Part shown: in pieces, positions 38,578 through 46,508 of the stretch | Numbering within the stretch: the first letter of the stretch is position 1 | Layout: each line of letters opens with the position of its first letter | Source: Candidatus Nanohalarchaeota archaeon | GTDB lineage: Archaea; Nanohalarchaeota; Nanosalinia; Nanosalinales; Nanosalinaceae | NCBI GenBank assembly: GCA_022729235.1 | Contig: JALDAJ010000001.1 | Span: 1 to 64,000, forward strand | Direction: 5' to 3' | Length of the DNA stretch: 64,000 nt | The notes under the pieces: model-generated | What the model was told of the DNA's origin: nothing | The model's input: the letters and a program-made list of their open reading frames with translations, nothing else | The model's database searches: none | Position numbers and translations under genes: made by a program

Positions 38578-39939
38578 ATGGAAGAATTTGACCTAATAGT
38601 TATAGGAGCAGGTTCAGGACTGGAAGTCGCAAACGCCTACGCACAGCGCGGTAATGAGGTCGCGGTTGTTGAACCCGGTCCTCTCGGAGGTACATGCCTG
38701 AACAGGGGATGTATACCCTCCAAGATACTTATCCACCGCGCCGACATCATAGAAGAGATTAATGGTTCAGAAGAGTTCCACATCGACGCGGAAGTAAACG
38801 ATATAGAGTTCTCCGAGATAATTGAAGAAGTCAACAAAGAAGTAGCGGAGGACGCTGAAGGTATCGAACGCGGAATCGAGAACTCAGATAACCATGCCTT
38901 ATACCGGACAAAGGCTAAGTTCGTGGACGAGAAAGTCCTGGAAGTCGATGGAGAGGAGATAACCGCGGACAAGATAGTAATCGCCGCAGGTTCAAGACCG
39001 CTCATCCCGCCTATCGACGGGGCTGAAGCTGTTGACTACCTAACCAGCAAGGAGGCGCTGGAACTGGAGGAACAACCCGATGATATGGTGATAGTCGGCG
39101 GAGGATACATCGCTCTGGAACTCGCGCATTTCTACGATGCTGTAGGAACCGAAGTAACGATAATAGAGATGGCTGAACAGCTCCTGTCAAGATCGGATCG
39201 CGACGTCTCGGAAAAGATAACGGAAATCGCCTCGGAAAGATTCGATGTGCACCTGGGGTATGCTGCCTCTGAACTCGGTGAAAGAGACGATGGCCGCATA
39301 GAGGTTACAGCCGAAAATGAGGAAGGTAACGAGAAGTCATTCGAGGCAGACGAGGTATTAATCGCGGCAGGAAGAGTCCCGAATACTGACGAGTTACAGG
39401 TCGAAGAGACCGGTATCGAGACCACGGAACGTGGTTTCGTAAAGACCAACGAGTACCTGGAAACGAATATAGATGGGCTATACGCACTGGGCGATATCGC
39501 GGACAACTGGATGTTCAAGCACTCCGCCAACCTGGAGGCAGAATACGTCTACAAGAACCTCGTGACCGGTAACAACTACAAACTGGAACAAGAAGTCATG
39601 CCGAGCGCCGTTTTCTCCAGTCCGCAAATCGCGGCTGTAGGAAAGACAGAGCAGGAGCTGGAGGAGTCTGATACGGATTACGTCTCCGCAACATACCCTT
39701 ACTCGGATACAGGTATGGGCATGGCGCTAAAAGAAGAAGACGGATTTGTCAAGGTGCTGGCCTCGGAGGACGGCGAAATACTGGGTTGCCACATACTCGG
39801 TCCTGACGCCTCCACGCTCATCCATCAGGTTATCGTGGCGATGACCTCAGGTTCGGGAACTGTCGACGATATCAAGGACACGGTTCACATACATCCTGCA
39901 TTGAACGAAGTAGTAGAGAGAGCGTTCCAGAAGCTGTAA
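38578..39939 (+). CDS. Class I pyridine nucleotide-disulfide oxidoreductase (Lpd/mycothione reductase-like)
   Basis: GAGSG, GGTCLNRGCIPSK, GGGYIALE, HIHPALNE. Confidence 0.93.
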   Translation: MEEFDLIVIGAGSGLEVANAYAQRGNEVAVVEPGPLGGTCLNRGCIPSKILIHRADIIEEINGSEEFHIDAEVNDIEFSEIIEEVNKEVAEDAEGIERGIENSDNHALYRTKAKFVDEKVLEVDGEEITADKIVIAAGSRPLIPPIDGAEAVDYLTSKEALELEEQPDDMVIVGGGYIALELAHFYDAVGTEVTIIEMAEQLLSRSDRDVSEKITEIASERFDVHLGYAASELGERDDGRIEVTAENEEGNEKSFEADEVLIAAGRVPNTDELQVEETGIETTERGFVKTNEYLETNIDGLYALGDIADNWMFKHSANLEAEYVYKNLVTGNNYKLEQEVMPSAVFSSPQIAAVGKTEQELEESDTDYVSATYPYSDTGMGMALKEEDGFVKVLASEDGEILGCHILGPDASTLIHQVIVAMTSGSGTVDDIKDTVHIHPALNEVVERAFQKL

Positions 39940-40383
39940 TCACACCGGCGAGTAACGCCCCTTTAGCTCTACATCATCTACCACGTGACCTGCTATCGCG
40001 TCCTCGATCTCTTCTCTAGAAGCTCCTTCCGGTAACTCCAGCCTGGTGTCGAGAGCGTAGAGCCTGAAAACGTAGGTGTGCTCGCCGTCAGGAGGGTTCG
40101 GACCCCCGTACCCGACCTCCCCATAGTCAGTCTCTCCCTCAGTTCCAGGTGATTCGGCCTCCGAAATCATCTTTGTAGCCGGATCGATATCGAAAACAAT
40201 CCAGTGATCCCAGATCTTTCCCGCAGGCTCCATCGCATCCGGGTCGTCCATGATCAAAACCAGCGACTCCGTGCCCTCCGGAACCTCGGAGATCTCAAGA
40301 GGAGGATTAACGTTTTCCTTCGGGTAACCATATTTTTCCGGTATCTCACCGCCGTCCTCGAACTCCGGGCTGGATAGTCTCAT
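39940..40383 (-). CDS. YbhB/YbcL (PEBP) family protein
   Basis: MDDPDA, WDHW, YGGPNPPDGEH.Y. Confidence 0.93.
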   Translation of the reverse strand: MRLSSPEFEDGGEIPEKYGYPKENVNPPLEISEVPEGTESLVLIMDDPDAMEPAGKIWDHWIVFDIDPATKMISEAESPGTEGETDYGEVGYGGPNPPDGEHTYVFRLYALDTRLELPEGASREEIEDAIAGHVVDDVELKGRYSPV

Positions 40384-40468
40384 ACATCCATCTTATCGTT
40401 TGCGAGATAAAAATCTGATTCAGTTCGATACTTAACCGTATTAAAGAGAGTCAACTTATCCTACAACA

Positions 40469-41323
40469 GTGAAAGAACCTGAATTCATCCAGGCAAGATC
40501 AGGTCTTGGAGGCAACAAAGCAGGTACCGAAAAAGGTCCCAGAGAAATCATCTCCAGGCTCGAAATCGATTCTTCGAGAATAGTGGAAAACAGACTTGAA
40601 AGCACTGACAAACCGGGAGATGCGAAGAATGAAGAGCAGATAGCGGAGTTCTGCCGGGAGCTATCAGACACCGTTTCCAAGACGATAGATGAAGACAAGC
40701 TACCCGTAATCCTCGGCGGAGACCACTCTATCTCAATCGGATCTATAAACGGCGCTGCCGAAAACTACCCTTCACTAGGCGTTATCTGGATAGATGCACA
40801 CGCAGACTTCAACACTCCAGAAACATCTCCGTCCAGCAACATCCACGGCATGCCTGTCGCAACTGCTCTCGGAAAAGGACGCCTTGACTGGGGAGATGCA
40901 GATTTAGAGGAAGAGAACATTGTGATGATAGGGATAAGAGATACGGACGAAGAAGAACAGGAGAACCTCGAGGAAAGTGATATAACCGTCTTCAGGATGG
41001 AAGACGTCCGGGAAAAAGGCATAGAAAAAGTCCTGGAGGAGACTATAGACATCCTTTCGGATGTCAAGAGTATCCACGTCAGCTTCGATCTCGACTTCCT
41101 CGACGCTAAGAAAGCCCCAGGAGTCGGAACACCGGTAGAAAACGGCGGAACAATCGATGAGGTAGTGAAGATAATCCGGAGAGTATCTAAGGAAAGTCAG
41201 CTACGGTCTCTTGACATAGTCGAACTCAACCCTACTCTGGACGAGAACGGGAGAACTGCGGAGAAAGCAGTCGAATTAATAAGAAGGTCTTTTCTGGAGA
41301 TAAAGCCTAAAAAAGAGGTCTAG
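40469..41323 (+). CDS. rocF: Arginase
   Basis: GGDHS, DAHADFN, SSNIHGMP, SFDLDFLD, GVGTPV, VELNP. Confidence 0.92.
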   Translation: MKEPEFIQARSGLGGNKAGTEKGPREIISRLEIDSSRIVENRLESTDKPGDAKNEEQIAEFCRELSDTVSKTIDEDKLPVILGGDHSISIGSINGAAENYPSLGVIWIDAHADFNTPETSPSSNIHGMPVATALGKGRLDWGDADLEEENIVMIGIRDTDEEEQENLEESDITVFRMEDVREKGIEKVLEETIDILSDVKSIHVSFDLDFLDAKKAPGVGTPVENGGTIDEVVKIIRRVSKESQLRSLDIVELNPTLDENGRTAEKAVELIRRSFLEIKPKKEV

Positions 41324-41410
41324 TGCGGCGTCGGGGATTCGAAACTCTAGCGAGTTTCTGCACCTCAGAACTCTGTCGAGTTCTTCAGTTGAAGACAAAT
41401 CCCGGTCCTA
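41324..41410 (-). repeat. Duplicated tRNA-Gly 3' end carrying a palindromic insertion in the T-loop
   Basis: 41324-41343 is 19/20 identical to the tRNA 3' end at 41423-41442; a CCGGG T-stem-like segment resumes near 41401. Confidence 0.75.
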
Positions 41411-41422
41411 GCACATGAAAAA

Positions 41423-41553
41423 TGCGGCGTCGGGGATTTGAACCCCGGTTACGACCATGGCAAGGTCGTGTCTTAGCCACTCCAAAACGTCGGAGACGTT
41501 TTGTGCGAAGCTTGAACTCCGCACAGGAGCTTTAGCCACTGGACCAACGCCGC
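41423..41553 (-). tRNA. tRNA-Gly(GCC) with a 59-nt D-loop intron (41473-41531)
   Basis: GCGGCGT/ACGCCGC acceptor, CGACC-TTGCCAT-GGTCG anticodon arm, CGGGG-TTCAAAT-CCCCG T arm; BHB at the junctions; 72 nt after splicing. Confidence 0.9.
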
Positions 41554-41751
41554 ATCTCATAGAGATGCTGGGAGCTGAAAACTCGTAAGAGTTTTCAACA
41601 CCGCGCAACTGCTGTCAGTTGCATCAACAGAAGCCACATTCGCTGGCGCGAAGTAGCTTTCAGGATAACATGTTGTTTTGAGATTGTTAGTTTCTTAAAT
41701 AGCTCGGGAGGGTGTGCAAGAAATTAAAGGTTGGGCAGGCATCCTGTTAGT

Positions 41752-42192
41752 ATGATGGATGAAGAAGAGTTCGAGGATTATCTTGTGGACAAGGCAAAGG
41801 AGATCCTTAACGAGGATATAACGGAATCTGAAGAGGTTGAACCAGAAACACCTCAGAAAGAAGATGTAGTCGATGAAGACGTCAAGGACAAGTCAGCAGG
41901 AAACATACCGTTTTCCTGGGACCCAAGAGAAGTAGAGCATCTCACCCGTAACAGGAAGAAGATGTCTAATGAAGACCTGAAGAAGTTCTTCGAGCGGGAT
42001 AGCGAGTTCCAGGAAAAATTGCAGGAAGTCGACAACTGGAAGGGTTTCACGCGCTGGGAAGAAAGATTGATGGTACAGCAACACTCCGTCAAGACCCCTG
42101 AGGAAATTGCCATGGATCTCGACCGGGATAAAAAAGAGGTGGAACTAAAAATGCATATGATGGGTTTGATCCCGAAAGATGAGCTACGATAA
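41752..42192 (+). CDS. Hypothetical protein with Myb/HTH-like repeats
   Basis: WDPREVEHL... and FTRWEERLM...EEIAMDLDR..EV..K...MGL; overlaps nop5. Confidence 0.6.
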   Translation: MMDEEEFEDYLVDKAKEILNEDITESEEVEPETPQKEDVVDEDVKDKSAGNIPFSWDPREVEHLTRNRKKMSNEDLKKFFERDSEFQEKLQEVDNWKGFTRWEERLMVQQHSVKTPEEIAMDLDRDKKEVELKMHMMGLIPKDELR

Positions 42193-42922
42193 AAGGGATG
42201 AGGCGCTTGAAAGAGCGCGCGAAGAGTTATCCACGATCGACCGAGATAGACTTGTTGCGAAGGCAGTCATGCAACTTGAACAGGCAGAAAAGAATTTACG
42301 GGAGGAGATGGAGCGTTTCCGTGACTGGTATAGCCTGCACTTTCCTGAACTGGTTGACGAGGTAGAAGACAATGAGAAACTCGTGGAAATCCTGTCAGAA
42401 AACGCGGACCGGGACGAGCTTGACGCGTTCAGTTCGCTGGCGGAAAAAAGTAAAGGTGCAGACCTAAAAGAGGAAGACCTTGAGATAATAGAAGAAGTAG
42501 CCGAGAAACTTGAGAAAGACTTCGACTACCGGGAAAGCCTCGAAGAATACGTATTGGACGTGTGCGAGGAAGAGATGCCTAACCTTTCACAACTGCTTGA
42601 GCCTCTACTCGCCGCGAAACTTGTCGCGCTGGCAGGAAGCCTTGAAGACCTCGCGAAGAGCCCGGCGTCAACCATCCAGATGCTTGGTGCGGAGAAAGCC
42701 CTGTTCCGCTACCTCGGCGGGGAAGGAACTCCTCCGAAGCACGGCGTGCTGTTCGAGCACAGGTTCGTCCGCTCGCTCCCTGAAGGCGAGCGCGGGAAGA
42801 TGGCACGTTTCCTCGCAAATAAAGCTGCGATGGCGGCGAGACTCGACCAGTACGGGGACAAGCAGAAAGGCGGCGAACTCAGAAACGAGGCGCAGGAAAC
42901 GTATCAGGAGCTTAAAGGATAA
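42179..42922 (+). CDS. nop5: Nop5 (Nop56/58) C/D sRNP protein, short form
   Basis: RDWYSLHFPEL, MPNL, PASTIQMLGAEKALF, PKHG, RGKMAR. Confidence 0.93.
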   Translation: MSYDKRDEALERAREELSTIDRDRLVAKAVMQLEQAEKNLREEMERFRDWYSLHFPELVDEVEDNEKLVEILSENADRDELDAFSSLAEKSKGADLKEEDLEIIEEVAEKLEKDFDYRESLEEYVLDVCEEEMPNLSQLLEPLLAAKLVALAGSLEDLAKSPASTIQMLGAEKALFRYLGGEGTPPKHGVLFEHRFVRSLPEGERGKMARFLANKAAMAARLDQYGDKQKGGELRNEAQETYQELKG

Positions 42923-42955
42923 GCAATGAAATAGTTTGTCGACTGTAACTTGGGT

Positions 42956-43606
42956 ATGCAGCAGATCCAGACAGGTATCTTCAGGGAAAACAACAGACTC
43001 TATACAAGAAACGCTGTCCCTGGAGAAGACGTTTATGGGGAGAAACTTGTAGAAAGAAACGGCGAGGAGTACAGAGAATGGATGCCCGGCCGCTCAAAGG
43101 CAGGCGCTGCAGTTTTGAAAGGAGTTAACCTGGAGCTGGAGCCAGGGCATGAGGTGCTGTACCTCGGTGCTGCCTCAGGGACTACTGTTTCCCACTTCTC
43201 GGATATACTCACAGACGGGTTCCTGGTAGCGGTGGAGTACTCGCAGGATGTAGCTAAGAAACTCGTGAAACTGGCGGAGGACAGAGATAATATAGCTCCT
43301 ATAATCGGTGATGCGAGAAAGCCTAGAGAGTACAGCGACTTCGTAGAGCAAGCAGATATAGTGTACCAAGATATATCCCAGAAAGATCAGGCAGAGATAT
43401 TCAAGAAGAACTGCGATCGGTACCTGAAAGAAGACGGAACAGGGTTAATCGCGGTTAAGGCACAGTCAGTCTCATCAACGAGAGACCCAGTAGAAGTCTT
43501 CGAGGAGGTAAAGAATAAGCTTAGACAGAGGTTCGAGGTAGTTGAAGAAACAACACTGGAACCTCACGAGAAAGACCACCTCTTCCTGAAGCTGGAAAAG
43601 AAATAA
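42956..43606 (+). CDS. flpA: Fibrillarin-like 2'-O-methyltransferase
   Basis: VYGE, YREW.P.RSK, VLYLGAASGTTVSH, DARKP. Confidence 0.96.
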   Translation: MQQIQTGIFRENNRLYTRNAVPGEDVYGEKLVERNGEEYREWMPGRSKAGAAVLKGVNLELEPGHEVLYLGAASGTTVSHFSDILTDGFLVAVEYSQDVAKKLVKLAEDRDNIAPIIGDARKPREYSDFVEQADIVYQDISQKDQAEIFKKNCDRYLKEDGTGLIAVKAQSVSSTRDPVEVFEEVKNKLRQRFEVVEETTLEPHEKDHLFLKLEKK

Positions 43607-43612
43607 AGAAGT

Positions 43613-43822
43613 TCAGGCTCTGAGGCCTGGTATGAAGTCCCTGAACGACTGCCCTGCGATGTTCCTGTGGTAACCTCTCATGTCCTCGTAATCCGGGTCC
43701 GCACAGCAGCTGGCGTTCTGGTTGACTATCGGGAGAGTCCCAAGGATAGTGTGTTTTCCAGGCAGCAGGTTTTTCTCCACCCTATTTTCACAATTCAGAC
43801 ATCGAAACTCTATGTTTTCCAT
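43613..43822 (-). CDS. Small Cys-rich (Zn-finger-like) protein
   Basis: FRCLNC...CCADPDY; GAGGTGA SD-like sequence upstream. Confidence 0.65.
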   Translation of the reverse strand: MENIEFRCLNCENRVEKNLLPGKHTILGTLPIVNQNASCCADPDYEDMRGYHRNIAGQSFRDFIPGLRA

Positions 43823-43950
43823 TATTTCCCCTCACCTCGCATCCACGTATTCGCGAGACTTGGTTTATAAAGAAGCGGAGACTGTTCCGGAATTCCGGTA
43901 GACAGATTAGTTTTATATCAAACCGTGCAGAGACTCTTAACGTGGTATAG

Positions 43951-44094
43951 ATGACGAAATGGGAATGCCAGGACTGTGGGAACTCCGTCGAAGCCCCGAC
44001 CGAGCCGGAGCAGTGTCCCTGCGGTTCCGAGAATATCGAAGAGGTTGAAGAGCCGAGTCTTGTCGAGAGATTAAAAACTAAGATAGGGCTCTGA
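43951..44094 (+). CDS. Rubredoxin-like zinc-finger micro-protein (47 aa), not in ORF track
   Basis: MTKWECQDCG...PEQCPCGS. Confidence 0.75.
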   Translation: MTKWECQDCGNSVEAPTEPEQCPCGSENIEEVEEPSLVERLKTKIGL

Positions 44095-44183
44095 TAACCA
44101 ATTAACCTCTCTAAATAAGTATTAGCAGTACTCTCTAGATCAGACTATACTAGCCATTTAAATATTTGAGATAAATTTGCCAT

Positions 44184-44723
44184 ATGAACGTAACAACTTC
44201 AGACATAGATTTTGTGGAATCTTATCCACCTGATGAGAAGGGATCTTTCTGTGAAATATATCTCAGACCCAACTCAGTTTTAAAGAGAACCTCTAAAGTA
44301 ACTGAAAACCAGTTAGAACACAGTATCTCTGAATTACCTCATTTTACTCCCGATACCGGCTATACACGTCCAGACTCTGATTTTCTAATAATCAAACAGG
44401 AAAGAGTCGATCAAGTTTACAGACCTGAAAACAGAGAGGAACTTGATACTTTTCTAGAGGATACTCTTGAAATAGTCAGAGAGTCATTCACAAGAGACCT
44501 AAAATTAGACTATAAACCACCCAACTTTGGTCAATTTAATGGAGAAGCACTCTATATAGATAACCACGATATCGGATCATTTCTGAACACAGAAAACCCT
44601 TTCAGCGAAATGGCTCATCAATTGAAAAGACACCTAGAAAACCAAGATTACTACTCCGCGACGATACCTTCACCAGAGGAAATAAACTCTTACTGGTGCT
44701 CTACATCTCCGCTTGCTCCTTAG
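44184..44723 (+). CDS. Putative minimal protein-kinase-like protein
   Basis: KGSFCEIY, VLK, DYKPPNFG, LYID; AT-rich ORFan. Confidence 0.5.
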   Translation: MNVTTSDIDFVESYPPDEKGSFCEIYLRPNSVLKRTSKVTENQLEHSISELPHFTPDTGYTRPDSDFLIIKQERVDQVYRPENREELDTFLEDTLEIVRESFTRDLKLDYKPPNFGQFNGEALYIDNHDIGSFLNTENPFSEMAHQLKRHLENQDYYSATIPSPEEINSYWCSTSPLAP

Positions 44724-45444
44724 CCCAGTCGTAGCCCTCGTCTTCCAGGCGGTGAGCGAGTTCAGGTCCACCAGACTCGACTATCTTCCCGTCAACCATG
44801 ACGTGGACGTGGTCCGGTTTCACGTAGTCGAGGATGCGCTGGTAGTGGGTTATCATCAGCAGTCCGATTTCCTGCTCCTCGGCGACTGTGTTTATACCCT
44901 CAGAAACAACTTTCAACGCGTCGATATCTAGCCCTGAATCGATTTCATCGAGAACCGTGTATTTCGGCTCCAGAACGGACATCTGGAGTATCTCGTTCCG
45001 CTTCTTTTCTCCACCAGAGAAGCCTTCGTTCAGGTAGCGCCGGGCGTATTCATCGTCCATGTCAAGAAGGTCAAGCTTTTCTCTTAGGTGCTCTCTGAAC
45101 TCGGAGCTTCCCATAGGTTCATCCCGTCTTTCATCAAGAGCCTCTTTCAGGAACTCTGCAACTGTAATTCCTGATATCTCGCTAGGGTACTGGAACGCGA
45201 GGAAAAGTCCTTCTTCAGCTCTTTCATCGGCTTCTTCATCCGTGACCTCTTCACCGTCAATAATGATCTTTCCAGCATCTATCGAGTACTGAGGATTACC
45301 CATAAGCGAGTGCGCAAGTGTCGATTTACCGGAGCCGTTCGGACCCATCAACGCGTGGATCTCACCCGGCTTGACTTCCAGGTTTACGCCTTTGACAATT
45401 TTCTCGCCCTCGATAGAAACCTCCAGATCTTTTATCTCTAACAT
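44701..45444 (-). CDS. sufC: Fe-S assembly ATPase SufC
   Basis: GPNGSGKST, FLAFQYP, GFSGGEKKRNE, LDEIDSGLD, THYQR. Confidence 0.97.
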   Translation of the reverse strand: MLEIKDLEVSIEGEKIVKGVNLEVKPGEIHALMGPNGSGKSTLAHSLMGNPQYSIDAGKIIIDGEEVTDEEADERAEEGLFLAFQYPSEISGITVAEFLKEALDERRDEPMGSSEFREHLREKLDLLDMDDEYARRYLNEGFSGGEKKRNEILQMSVLEPKYTVLDEIDSGLDIDALKVVSEGINTVAEEQEIGLLMITHYQRILDYVKPDHVHVMVDGKIVESGGPELAHRLEDEGYDWAKEQAEM

Positions 45445-45492
45445 AGTGTTTTAGGTAGGCCTAAACTTTCTTAACGTGCCGGGTCCTGAAGT

Positions 45493-46128
45493 TCACTTCT
45501 CTCCCCGCATCTCTTCCTTGAAACGTTCCACGTATCTCTTGACGTACTTGTGGCGGTCCTCCGCAATCTCTCTTCCGGCGTCCGTATACATCCTGTCCTT
45601 GAGACCCAGTATCTTCTTCTGCAGGTGGTTTAGAGAAGTCTCCCCGGAATCGGATTCGTCATGTTCGACAGGCAAGCCAGGGTCTGCGATGACTCCACGG
45701 TTCTCCCCGCCGTACGTGAAAGTCCTTGCGATTCCGGTGGCACCGAGCGCGTCCAGGTTGTCGGCGTCAGATAGGACTTTAGCCTCAAGAGTCCCGGGCT
45801 CAGGTCCTCCCGAATACCGGTGCGAGCGGACGCAGTGCTTTACCTTCTTAATTGTACTTTCACCGTAACCGAGGTCACTCAACACTGTTTCTGCCTCATC
45901 GGCACCCCACTCCGCGTGGTCATTGATTTCTCCATCGTCTTCGAGCCCCCTGCCTATATCATGGAGCAGCGCCGACAGCCTCACTGTCTCGAGGTCTGCC
46001 CCCTCATCTCTCGCGAGCTTCTCCGACAGATTGTAGACTCTCATGACGTGAAACCAGTCGTGGGCAGGATTAACATCGCCAAAATATTCTTTTGCCCTCT
46101 TTTTGACATCTTCAAATCCTGAGTCCAT
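45493..46128 (-). CDS. HD-domain protein
   Basis: AHDWFHVMRV, LLHDIGR, DADNLDALGA. Confidence 0.9.
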   Translation of the reverse strand: MDSGFEDVKKRAKEYFGDVNPAHDWFHVMRVYNLSEKLARDEGADLETVRLSALLHDIGRGLEDDGEINDHAEWGADEAETVLSDLGYGESTIKKVKHCVRSHRYSGGPEPGTLEAKVLSDADNLDALGATGIARTFTYGGENRGVIADPGLPVEHDESDSGETSLNHLQKKILGLKDRMYTDAGREIAEDRHKYVKRYVERFKEEMRGEK

Positions 46129-46154
46129 GAACCAGCTTCAAACTACAACCATTT

Positions 46155-46508
46155 TCAGTCTTTCTCCAGCGCCTCTTGAACAGTCTTTAAACCCAGTACT
46201 GCGCATTTGACTCGCATCGGCGAGATCTCGATACCTAGCTTGTCTATCATCCAGTCTCTGTTAAGTTCCTTGACCCTATCTACATCTACGCCTTCTATCT
46301 CTTCACTCAGTACAGAAGCTCCAGCAGTCGATATAGCGCATCCGTCGGTCTCGTGCCTCATCTCCTTTAGTTCTCCGTCTTCAACGTGGACGTAGACGTG
46401 ACAGTGGTCGCCGCAGCTCGAGTTCTCTCCTTCCGCTTCCAGCGCGTTCTCAAGAGTCCCGAGGTTCCGCGGGTTTTTGTAGTGGTCGAGTATCTCGTCC
46501 CTGTACAC
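46155..46508 (-). CDS. sufU: SufU/IscU-type scaffold
   Basis: ILDHYKNPRN, SCGD, GCAIS, RVKCA. Confidence 0.93.
   Translation of the reverse strand: MYRDEILDHYKNPRNLGTLENALEAEGENSSCGDHCHVYVHVEDGELKEMRHETDGCAISTAGASVLSEEIEGVDVDRVKELNRDWMIDKLGIEISPMRVKCAVLGLKTVQEALEKD

Noticed and set aside
41408-41608. Track ORF overlapping the tRNA
   Set aside because: Explained by tRNA-Gly and its flanking hairpins.
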